DNA of 61,178 nucleotides from Acidimicrobiales bacterium (GTDB lineage: Bacteria > Actinomycetota > Acidimicrobiia > Acidimicrobiales > SZUA-35): assembly GCA_038212405.1 (NCBI GenBank), contig JBBQUN010000002.1:1-61178 (forward strand). Reading direction: 5' to 3'. Below, in pieces: positions 15,769 to 23,808 of this stretch (the first letter of the stretch is position 1; each line of letters opens with the position of its first letter). A program made the translations under genes and the position numbers. The notes under the pieces were generated by a model, which was not told where the DNA came from, ran no database searches, and saw only the letters and a program-made list of their open reading frames with translations.

Positions 15769-17556
15769 GTGACCGAGCACCAGACGACCAGTGTGTTCGA
15801 TGCGCTTCGGATGGCCTTGGGTTTCGTCTGGCGGAGCGCTCGCTGGACGCTGGTCATGCTCGCGCTTGCCCAGGTGCTCGCGGCGCTGGCGCTCCTCATG
15901 TTGCTGCTGTCGGTTCGATCGCTGATCGCCGGGCTCGAGGCCGGTGACCAACTGAGTTCGGTCACCTCGTCGGTCGTCGTCTCGTCGCTTGCGTTCCTCG
16001 TGATCGGTGTGGTGGGTGTCGGCTCACAGTCGCTGCAGCTCCTCATGGCGGAGAAGACGAACCGCATCGTGCAGCATGACATCATGCAGATCGCCGTTGG
16101 CGTGCCCTACTCGAGCTACGAAGATCCGGGCTTCCACGATCTGCTCGAGCGGACGACGCAGCGGACGGGAAACAGCTCCCTCCGACTGGTCGGCGGTGTG
16201 CTGACCATCCTCGAGTCGGTCGCCGGGATGTGTGCCGTTGCCATCGCGCTGGCGCGTACCGTGCCGGCGCTGCTTCCGATTCTGCTCGTGGTTGCGCTGC
16301 CGCTGCTCGTCGCTTCCCGAGTCGGCGCACGCATCAACTACCAGATGGCGCTCGAAGTGACCACCGACGATCGGCTGCGTCGATCGATGTTGCTTGCGCT
16401 CACGAGCAAACAGACGGCGCGGGAGGCCCGGACGCTCGGGTTGGGGGCATCACTCGGCACGCGGTGGGATCGGCTCTGGGATCAGCGCATCGCCCTCGTG
16501 CGATCGTTCGCGCTGCGCCGCATGTTCGTCTTGGCCGCGGCCGCCACGCTGTCGGCCTTGATGACCGGCGGCGTGCTCTTCGTGCTGGTGCGAGCAACGG
16601 CGAACGGGACGATCGGTCTCGCCGACGCCTCGGTGGCGGTGTTGGCGTTCCAGCAACTGCTGCAGCGCACCCGCTCCACCGCTCAGGCGACAGGGAACTT
16701 GCGGGAGTCCGCCCTCTTCCTCAGCGACTTCGAATCCCTCGACCAGTACCGGCGGCCCGCTCTTGACGACGGTCTGGCGCTCCCGACGCCCGAGGTGGTG
16801 TCGTTCGAGGATGTCTCGTTTCGATATCCGGGTGGACGGGGCGATGTGTTGGTCGGGACGAGCTTCGAGCTGCGCAGAGGCGAGATGACGGCGCTGGTGG
16901 GTGCCAGTGGGGCTGGCAAGTCGACCCTCGTCCACCTCTTGGCCGGCCTGTATCAGCCGATGACGGGACGGATCCTGTGGGACGGCGCCGACCTTGCCGG
17001 TGTGGACGATCGTGATCGTTGGCGGTCCACCGCGGTGACGTTCCAGGATTTCGGTCGCTTCGACCTCACCGCCAAGGAGAACGTCGAATTGGGAGACGCC
17101 GCTCGCAACGATGCCGAGGCGCTCCGGCACTCGATGGCGGTCGCCGGGATCAGCGACGTGGTCGAGCGTCTCCCCAGCGGCTTGGACACGTTCCTGAGCC
17201 GACTCTTTCCCGGGGGAACCGAGCTCTCTGTGGGGCAGTGGCAACGGCTGGCCGTGGCGCGAGCGCTGTATCGGCGCGCCGCGCTGTTGATCCTCGACGA
17301 GCCCTCGGCGGCCCTGGATGCCGAGTCCGAGGTCGAGTTGATCGATGCGTTGCGGGCCGAGTGCGACGAGCGAGTCGTGCTCGTCGTCTCTCATCGATTC
17401 AGCACGGTGCGTCGAGCAGACCGCATTCTGGTGCTCGACGCTGGTCGCATCGTGGAAGACGGCAGCCACGATGACTTGATGGGCCTCGACGGTCGCTACG
17501 CCCGACTGTTCCGACTCCAGATGGCCGAACCGCCGGCTGCAGTCGACCCTGGCTGA
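15769..17556 (+). CDS. ABC transporter, fused permease/ATPase (lasso-type exporter), copy 2
   Basis: GTG 15769 is in frame with ORF 15547..17556. TM domain, then Walker A GASGAGKST, signature LSVGQWQRLAVARAL and Walker B LLILDEPSA. Confidence 0.85.
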   Translation: MTEHQTTSVFDALRMALGFVWRSARWTLVMLALAQVLAALALLMLLLSVRSLIAGLEAGDQLSSVTSSVVVSSLAFLVIGVVGVGSQSLQLLMAEKTNRIVQHDIMQIAVGVPYSSYEDPGFHDLLERTTQRTGNSSLRLVGGVLTILESVAGMCAVAIALARTVPALLPILLVVALPLLVASRVGARINYQMALEVTTDDRLRRSMLLALTSKQTAREARTLGLGASLGTRWDRLWDQRIALVRSFALRRMFVLAAAATLSALMTGGVLFVLVRATANGTIGLADASVAVLAFQQLLQRTRSTAQATGNLRESALFLSDFESLDQYRRPALDDGLALPTPEVVSFEDVSFRYPGGRGDVLVGTSFELRRGEMTALVGASGAGKSTLVHLLAGLYQPMTGRILWDGADLAGVDDRDRWRSTAVTFQDFGRFDLTAKENVELGDAARNDAEALRHSMAVAGISDVVERLPSGLDTFLSRLFPGGTELSVGQWQRLAVARALYRRAALLILDEPSAALDAESEVELIDALRAECDERVVLVVSHRFSTVRRADRILVLDAGRIVEDGSHDDLMGLDGRYARLFRLQMAEPPAAVDPG

Positions 17557-18416
17557 CGCCGGAACACCCGGTCGAGCCCTGCCCTGACATCGCTCGGCGG
17601 CAGGAAGGCCAGGACGGCCACGATCATGATCGGCGTGAAGATGCCGACTCGGAGAAAGATCGCAAAGACGAGATGGAGCGCCACCGAGGTGGCGACGCCT
17701 ACACGTGGTCGAGTCACGAGCAGGATCGGCAGCACCAACTCGGTGAGCAGCACCAGGTAGGTCAGGGCGGTGGTGCCGAGGACGGTCTCACTGAGCAACG
17801 AGGGCATCGGCACCGACGCGACGCTCGGGTTGTGCAGCGCGGCATACACCGCTTCGCCCTGTCGCCACGTCGATCCTTGGAGCTTCCAGATCACGCTCGT
17901 GCAATAGACCACGATGACCTGGAGCCGGACCGATGCGACGAACAGCCGTGGTCGCTCGCGACCGGGAGCGGAGAGATTCCCGGTCAGGGTGGAGTGTGAA
18001 CCCAGGAACAGGGCAACGACGGCCCACATCAGGATCAGGCGGAGGAGCTGGTCGCCGGCGTTGATCGCGGCGGGCTGGAGTCGTTGGATCGACGTCACAC
18101 CGATGAACGCGATGACCACGCCGATCCGCGATGCTCGCCCGAGGGTCAGCGAGACACCGACGGCGGCGATGCCGAGGAGCACCAGAGTCACCCACCAGGC
18201 TGGGGAGCCGGCGAAGAACAGGGTCCAACTGAATCGACGGCCGGCTTCGGTGGGGAAGATCGACGAGTCGGAAAGGAGGGAGCGGGCGTCGAGGAGCCAC
18301 GAGAGTGACCACCAGCAGATCAACGCACCGAGGAGCGTTCTGACGAGCACCTCGGTATCTGGCTGCTCGGCGGCGAAGAATCGGCGGTGGAGCTGGCCGA
18401 GGATCGTGGTCGTCAC
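17496..18416 (-). CDS. HTTM-domain (vitamin-K-dependent gamma-carboxylase-like / SdpB-like) membrane protein
   Basis: 306 aa, polytopic. Pattern: LVRTLLGALICWWSLSWLLDARSLLSDSSIFP ... RLQVIVVYCTSVIWKLQGSTWRQGEAVYAAL ... LTELVLPILLV...ALHLVFAIFLRVGIFTPIMI, as in HTTM/SdpB-family proteins. Confidence 0.65.
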   Translation of the reverse strand: MTTTILGQLHRRFFAAEQPDTEVLVRTLLGALICWWSLSWLLDARSLLSDSSIFPTEAGRRFSWTLFFAGSPAWWVTLVLLGIAAVGVSLTLGRASRIGVVIAFIGVTSIQRLQPAAINAGDQLLRLILMWAVVALFLGSHSTLTGNLSAPGRERPRLFVASVRLQVIVVYCTSVIWKLQGSTWRQGEAVYAALHNPSVASVPMPSLLSETVLGTTALTYLVLLTELVLPILLVTRPRVGVATSVALHLVFAIFLRVGIFTPIMIVAVLAFLPPSDVRAGLDRVFRRQPGSTAAGGSAIWSRNSRA

Positions 18417-18991
18417 CCGTCGAACCCTCCCGCCGCCGGTTCCGCCTGCGAGTCGGTGGCCAGGATGCCCTCGTCGAGAGAGAAGATCGGTGTCGTGATT
18501 TCTGTCGGCTCACCATCGTTGCCTCGGCCAGGATCGAGGTTGGTGACTCGCACCAGGACGACGTCGACGACGTCCATGCCACGGTCCTCGGCATCGCTTG
18601 CCAGGTTCTCGGCCAACGGTTGCCAGAGCTCGTAGTTCTCGTTCGACACCATCTCCTTCGAGACCTTCTCCCAACGTCGGTCTCTCAAGAGCTGCCACTG
18701 CGGCGGAACGAGCGGTTCGTAGATCTCGATGGTGCCGTCGCTCGCGTGGAGCTCGACACGGAGATGTGGTGCGGTGGTTCCGGGGTTGGGAGCGAACATC
18801 GCCCAGCCCTGCACGCCGGCGGTCAGGTCGTAGAGCGGAGCCAGTCGGGCTTGTGCGGGGCGACCTACCCGCGGGTGAGGAAACGCGGCGAGGAGAGCTC
18901 CGACGACGAACGCCGCGTACACCAGTACCCGAAGACGGTCAGTCCTGGGCAACGAGTTGCTCCAGCAGACGACGGGCCGACTCCAATCCAT
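18413..18991 (-). CDS. Membrane-anchored protein, possibly SdpA/DUF5819-like partner of the HTTM protein
   Basis: It has an ATGA overlap with the HTTM gene start, one N-terminal TM helix (VLVYAAFVVGALLAAF) and the motif VQGWAMFAPNP. Start ATG 18991 is uncertain; GTG 18922 would avoid overlapping the upstream kinase gene. The family assignment is from memory and position only. Confidence 0.4.
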   Translation of the reverse strand: MDWSRPVVCWSNSLPRTDRLRVLVYAAFVVGALLAAFPHPRVGRPAQARLAPLYDLTAGVQGWAMFAPNPGTTAPHLRVELHASDGTIEIYEPLVPPQWQLLRDRRWEKVSKEMVSNENYELWQPLAENLASDAEDRGMDVVDVVLVRVTNLDPGRGNDGEPTEITTPIFSLDEGILATDSQAEPAAGGFDG

Positions 18992-19802
18992 CACGGCCCC
19001 GCCCGACGCAGAGTCGAACAGGGATTGTTTGCTCGACAACGGCACCGAGATGATCGAAGACGGCCGGTAGGGAGCCGCCCGCGTCGAGATCGGCATGAAA
19101 GGTGGCTCCGAAGAGCAACGCGTGGGCCCGGCCCCGACCGAGTTCGATCAGGCGAGACACCGAGGTGTCGTTCGGCTCGACGAAGACCAGTGCACCCAGC
19201 TCGATCGGTGCGTCGAGGAGGTCGAAGGTTCCGAGCCTGAGCCGGGACTTTCCGGCAATCGGCGTCGTGTCGGCAGCGCCCAGCAGCGCGACGCTTTGGT
19301 CGGTCAGTCGAATCGATGGGTAGGTGGCGTCGGCAAGCGGTGGTTTGTCGGCACTGATGACGATGCCATCGTCACCGCCGACCTGCCAGCCGCAGTAGGC
19401 GAGATGCGACACCAGAGTGGACTTTCCCGAGCCGGAGGGTCCGATCAGGGCAAAACCCTTCCCCGCCTTGGCTGCCAAGGCTGCGTGCACCACGAGGTGG
19501 TTGGTCCAGGCAAGCCAGAGCGGGAGGATGTGGTCGAGGACGATGTGCTCGAGCGACTGCTCGTCGAGCGTTCGGTTGAAGCGGACCTGGTTCCCGATGA
19601 CTTCGGCGCAGCCTGCCTCCATGAAGTCGACCACGAGGCGATCGCCGTCGGTCCAGTGGCGGCGCCACAGCGTTCCATCGAGGCGGCGGGACTCCACACC
19701 AGGCGGGTCCGGCACGACGATCGGACCGGGTGCGAGTACCTCGAGCTGACGCTCGCTGCGCACCTGGGTCCAGATGTCGGTGAAATTGCTGGATGTCGGC
19801 AT
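18939..19802 (-). CDS. HPr-kinase-like putative peptide kinase, copy 3
   Basis: 287 aa. Motif pattern: VVHAALAAKAGKGFALIGPSGSGKSTLVSHLAYCGWQVGGDDGIVI. Confidence 0.75.
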   Translation of the reverse strand: MPTSSNFTDIWTQVRSERQLEVLAPGPIVVPDPPGVESRRLDGTLWRRHWTDGDRLVVDFMEAGCAEVIGNQVRFNRTLDEQSLEHIVLDHILPLWLAWTNHLVVHAALAAKAGKGFALIGPSGSGKSTLVSHLAYCGWQVGGDDGIVISADKPPLADATYPSIRLTDQSVALLGAADTTPIAGKSRLRLGTFDLLDAPIELGALVFVEPNDTSVSRLIELGRGRAHALLFGATFHADLDAGGSLPAVFDHLGAVVEQTIPVRLCVGRGRDGLESARRLLEQLVAQD

Positions 19803-19889
19803 GACCCCTCCCTCCGAGCGAGCTTAGGGTTCCACCGATGTTTGGTACATGGGCATCGATCCCACCTCGATGCCGGTACAGGAGTGTGG

Positions 19890-20891
19890 TCAGCTGACGA
19901 TGAGCCTGCGAGATTGGTAGGCGAGATAGCGGAGTCGGTTTCGGGTGCTCGTCTGATTGGCGAGAACCGCGATGGTCTCGCGGGCGACGCTCCGACTCGT
20001 CCGCAGGTAGGCGCGGTTGATGGCGGACTTGGAGATTCGTGGCGGCGGTGGAGGCTCGGGGTTTCCGATGGCCACCGCCAGCCACCGAGCCACCGAGACC
20101 AGGTCGATGATGCCGAACAGGCGCGCCAGATCGTCGACGCGATCTTCGTCGAGGTCTTGGCGTGTTTGGATGAGGGCGACGTCGACCAGCGACGAAAGCC
20201 GTCGGTGCTCGGGCGGTGACAAGAAGAGGTGCCCGGCTGCGTGGACGAGCCGGCCTGCAGGGTCGAGCGCATGGCCCAACTCGTTCGGTAGCGGCATCAA
20301 CTGACCGTACAGCTCCTTCGAGCCGTGAGGCCCGAAGCGGAACAGGCGATGGTGCACATCGAGTTCGATGCCGCTCGGCGTTCGAAAGGTCTGCTCGACG
20401 AGGAGGTCGGTCGGTTCACCCGCCTTCAAGGGTTCGTAGTGTTGGCCGAGTGTCTGGCACGCCCGAGCGAAATCGCCGTCAGGCACGAGGAGGTCGACAT
20501 CACCAGTGTGGCGAACCGCGCCGGCGGGGTAGTCGAGGTGTGACGTGGCGAGACCCTTGAGGATCACTGCGTCGACGCCGATTTCCGCGAGTTGGTTGAC
20601 GGTTCGGCGGGCAGCCGAGGTGAGGTGGAGAGCGAGGACGGTGACGTTGTGGGCTTCGTCGGCGGTGTCACCGAGAGCGGTCAACAGCGATCGGATCCTG
20701 TGCCGTTCGGCAAAGGCGAGCAGAGGCGGTGTGAGCTGGAGGTCGAGCGTGGTCGCACCCGCCAGGTGATCGATGCAGGCGCGCACCAACTCTGCGCCGC
20801 CAACCGGGGCGGCCTCGTCGACGAGTCGGATTGGGTCGGTACGTATCTGCGGCGAAAGATGCACACTGCCAGGTCTTGTCGAGGAGGTCAT
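19890..20891 (-). CDS. Nucleotidyltransferase family protein (NTP_transf_5-like), copy 3
   Basis: 333 aa. Signature AVILKGLATSHLDYPAGAVRHTGDVDLLVPDGDFARACQTL. Its ATG overlaps the stop codon of the upstream sugar phosphotransferase gene (ATGA at 20888-20891). Confidence 0.75.
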   Translation of the reverse strand: MTSSTRPGSVHLSPQIRTDPIRLVDEAAPVGGAELVRACIDHLAGATTLDLQLTPPLLAFAERHRIRSLLTALGDTADEAHNVTVLALHLTSAARRTVNQLAEIGVDAVILKGLATSHLDYPAGAVRHTGDVDLLVPDGDFARACQTLGQHYEPLKAGEPTDLLVEQTFRTPSGIELDVHHRLFRFGPHGSKELYGQLMPLPNELGHALDPAGRLVHAAGHLFLSPPEHRRLSSLVDVALIQTRQDLDEDRVDDLARLFGIIDLVSVARWLAVAIGNPEPPPPPRISKSAINRAYLRTSRSVARETIAVLANQTSTRNRLRYLAYQSRRLIVS

Positions 20892-21526
20892 CGCCTTGGC
20901 GATTCGGCGCCCATGAACTCCTCGGCGCCGATGGACATGCCTTCAGCCGCAACGCCTTCGCCCTTGAGCACGACCTTCACGGTCTTGATGATGATCTGAA
21001 GGTCGAGTCGCAGGCAATGGCGCTCGACGTACTCGACATCCAGCGCGAAGCGGTCGTCCCACGACAAGTGGTTGCGGCCGCTCGTCTGCGCCAAACCGGT
21101 GAGACCGGGGCGAACCTCGTGGCGCCTTGCTTGTTCGGGTGTGTAGCGGTCGAGGTAGCGCATCAGTAACGGCCGGGGTCCAACGAGGCTCATGTCGCCC
21201 CGAAGGACGTTCAACAGCTCCGGCAACTCGTCGAGGCTCGTGCGACGCAATCGTTCGCCGAAGGGATGGGTTCGTTCGGCGTCGGGAAGTAGCTCACCGT
21301 CGGGTGCGACGGCCGAGGTCATGGTGCGGAACTTGAGGAGTTCGAAGGGTTCACCGTGCAGCCCCGGGCGGGTCTGGCGGAACAGCACCGGCGAGCCGAG
21401 CCGAGTTCGCACGAGTAGCCCTACCACCATCAGCACTGGCGCAGCAATCACGAGCGCTGCGCCGCTGACGACGATGTCGATCGCTCGTTTGAAAGCACGT
21501 TGTGCTGTTCGACCGGGTGACGACAT
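20888..21526 (-). CDS. Small monotopic phosphoglycosyl transferase (bacterial sugar transferase, PglC/WbaP-C-terminal type)
   Basis: ATG 21526 (MSSPGRTAQRAFKRAIDIVVSGAALVIAAPVL..). Motifs present: PVLFRQTRPG, LLKFRTM, RRTSLDELPELLNVLRGDMSLVGPRP and RPGLTGLAQ. The 94 Arg-rich codons upstream in the 306-aa ORF overlap the next gene and are rejected. Confidence 0.85.
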   Translation of the reverse strand: MSSPGRTAQRAFKRAIDIVVSGAALVIAAPVLMVVGLLVRTRLGSPVLFRQTRPGLHGEPFELLKFRTMTSAVAPDGELLPDAERTHPFGERLRRTSLDELPELLNVLRGDMSLVGPRPLLMRYLDRYTPEQARRHEVRPGLTGLAQTSGRNHLSWDDRFALDVEYVERHCLRLDLQIIIKTVKVVLKGEGVAAEGMSIGAEEFMGAESPRR

Positions 21527-21531
21527 CGGGG

Positions 21532-23484
21532 TCAGAGTATCTCGACGTTGTTGCCGACGAGTTTGACGTTGACGAAGGACTTGTTGCGATTCAGTGTGTC
21601 GACCTTGGCTTTCGAGGTGTCGAATCCCAGGATGTCGAAACCGTCTTCGACAGCCCGAATGGCGGCGGGAAGACTGACGTAGCCCCGACCGACGCTGAGG
21701 ATGCCCTCGGTGTCGCGCGCCTGAAGCAGTGCGTGTACGTCGAGCGTGCCGGTAGGCAGTTCCGAGCGGGTATGGGTGATTCGTTTGTGCTCGCGGTGCT
21801 CGACGCACTCCGAGGCAGCGACGAGGATTTCATGCATTTTCTCACCGGGCCGAAGGCCGGTGAACACGATCTCCACGTCGGTTCCCGAGTGGTCGATGAG
21901 TTGTTGCGCCAGGTCGAGGATCTTCACTGGCGATCCCATGTCGAGAATGAGGACTTCGCCCGGACGGCCGATCGCACCGGCCTGCAAGACGAGACGGACC
22001 GCTTCGGGGATCGTCATGAAATAGCGGGTGACGCCGGGGTGGGTGACGGTGATCGGGCCACCGAGTTCGATCTGTTGGCGGAAGGTGGGGAGCACGGATC
22101 CTCGTGAGCCGAGGACGTTGCCGAAGCGAACAGAGACGTATTTTCTCCCGGTCTCGGCCGCAAATCGGGCGGTTTCACGTTCAGCCAGGAGTTTGGTGGC
22201 GCCCAGCACGCTGGTGGGGTCGGCGGCCTTGTCGCTCGACACGTTGACGAAGTGCGAACATCCAACGTCGGTGGCCGCCTCGAGGAGGTTGCGCGTACCG
22301 AGCGTATTGGTCTTGACAGCCTCGCCGGGGTGCAGTTCGAGCAAGGTCAGGTGCTTCAAAGCCGCGGCGTGGAAGACCACCTGCGGTTTCCATCGGGCGA
22401 ACACTTCGCGCATGCGCTCGGCGTCGCGGATATCGGCAACGACCAGGTGGGGATCATCGAGCAGTGCCTTTCCCTCGATGGAGAGCTGCACGCTGTGTAG
22501 TGCTGTCTCGTCCCGGTCAAGCATGATCAAGTCGCTCGGGCCGAGCTGGTGCAGCTGTCTCGCCAGTTCGGAGCCGATCGACCCTCCGGCTCCGGTGACC
22601 AACACTCGCTTGCCTGCGATGTAGTCGAGAATTGACGGGAGGTCGACGTCGACCTCGGCCCGGCCCAGTAGGTCGGCTTCGGTGAGTTCTCGAATGTCGC
22701 CAACGCTGAGCTGGCCCATCATTTCGGCGGTAGTTGGCACGACCCGAATGTCGAGGCCCGCATGACGACCCAACTCGTCGACCTCCATCACGAGGGCGGC
22801 GCTGGCGGTCCGAATGGCGATGAGCAAGATCGACGCGTCGAGTGATTCCGCCCTGGCCGCGATTGTGGAACGGTTCCCTACGACGGCAACGCCGCAAAGG
22901 CGACGCTTCGACTTGTAGGGATCGTCGTCGATGATGCCGACGGGAAGATAGGGCGAGAGCGGATCGGTGAGCATGGCTCGCACCATTTCTGCGCCGGTGT
23001 CGCCGGCACCGAAGACGAGCACTCGGGTTCGATCGTCGTTCGATTGCAGCAGGCGGTAGTGCTCCGACACCATCCACCAGATCTGGCGAACACCGATCAT
23101 CGCCAGGCCGGCCATTGGCGCTCCGAGCACCAAAGCGGCGCCGGCCGAGGGGCGAGTGACGAGCGCCAGTTCGAGGGTCAGGGTCGACAGCAGCCACGAA
23201 CTGAGCAGCAGCGTTTGCTCGTCTCGGCTGCCGATGCGATGTCGCCCCAGATAGAGATCACGTGAGACACCGAAGAGGAGCTGCATACCAGCAGCGCCAC
23301 CGGCGATCGCAGCCACGAACTGCATCGAAGCACCAGGAGAAAGCACCAACGCCGCTATGGCTACCCCCGCGATCCACGAGAGTCCATCGAGGGTTGCCAA
23401 CGTGGCTCGGCGCCACCGCACCACGAAGTTGGGCACGGGCACGTGGGTTTGCAAGAAGTGTTCCGGAACGGTGGCTGCCGCCAT
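21532..23484 (-). CDS. Membrane-bound nucleotide-sugar 4,6-dehydratase (CapD/PglF/WbpM-like polysaccharide biosynthesis protein), copy 1
   Basis: 650 aa. N-terminal TM helices, a CoA-binding-like domain (VLVFGAGDTGAEMV) and an SDR domain (VLVTGAGGSIGSELARQL, FHAAALKHL, STDKAADPTSVLGATK). Confidence 0.85.
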   Translation of the reverse strand: MAAATVPEHFLQTHVPVPNFVVRWRRATLATLDGLSWIAGVAIAALVLSPGASMQFVAAIAGGAAGMQLLFGVSRDLYLGRHRIGSRDEQTLLLSSWLLSTLTLELALVTRPSAGAALVLGAPMAGLAMIGVRQIWWMVSEHYRLLQSNDDRTRVLVFGAGDTGAEMVRAMLTDPLSPYLPVGIIDDDPYKSKRRLCGVAVVGNRSTIAARAESLDASILLIAIRTASAALVMEVDELGRHAGLDIRVVPTTAEMMGQLSVGDIRELTEADLLGRAEVDVDLPSILDYIAGKRVLVTGAGGSIGSELARQLHQLGPSDLIMLDRDETALHSVQLSIEGKALLDDPHLVVADIRDAERMREVFARWKPQVVFHAAALKHLTLLELHPGEAVKTNTLGTRNLLEAATDVGCSHFVNVSSDKAADPTSVLGATKLLAERETARFAAETGRKYVSVRFGNVLGSRGSVLPTFRQQIELGGPITVTHPGVTRYFMTIPEAVRLVLQAGAIGRPGEVLILDMGSPVKILDLAQQLIDHSGTDVEIVFTGLRPGEKMHEILVAASECVEHREHKRITHTRSELPTGTLDVHALLQARDTEGILSVGRGYVSLPAAIRAVEDGFDILGFDTSKAKVDTLNRNKSFVNVKLVGNNVEIL

Positions 23485-23808
23485 TTGGCTCTCCTGGTAT
23501 TCGGTTGCTCCTGAGCCGATCGGCCCACGACCGACGCACTTGAGTACTCCGCCAACTTCCTGTGATCATCGAAGTGCCGAGAGTGAGGTCGTGCCCGACG
23601 ACCGACGCTCGATCCCCGAAAAGGGAAGACTCTGCGTTTGGTTGGCTATCGTTCTGCTCGCGGGTTTGTAGTCGAACAGGACCTTGGTCAAGGAGGCGTT
23701 GCGCGGCGGCTCAATTCTGCGGTCGTGGTGTCGATAGGCAATAGGTCGACCGATTCATCCGCAGCAGCGGCGCTCCACCGCTTACTCTCACCCTCAGCTC
23801 AGGACGAC

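Noticed and set aside
21527-21808. 94-codon N-terminal extension of the phosphoglycosyl transferase ORF (20888..21808)
   Set aside because: It is an Arg/Gln-rich low-complexity translation that overlaps the 3' end of the CapD-like gene in another frame. The family-typical N-terminus begins at ATG 21526.
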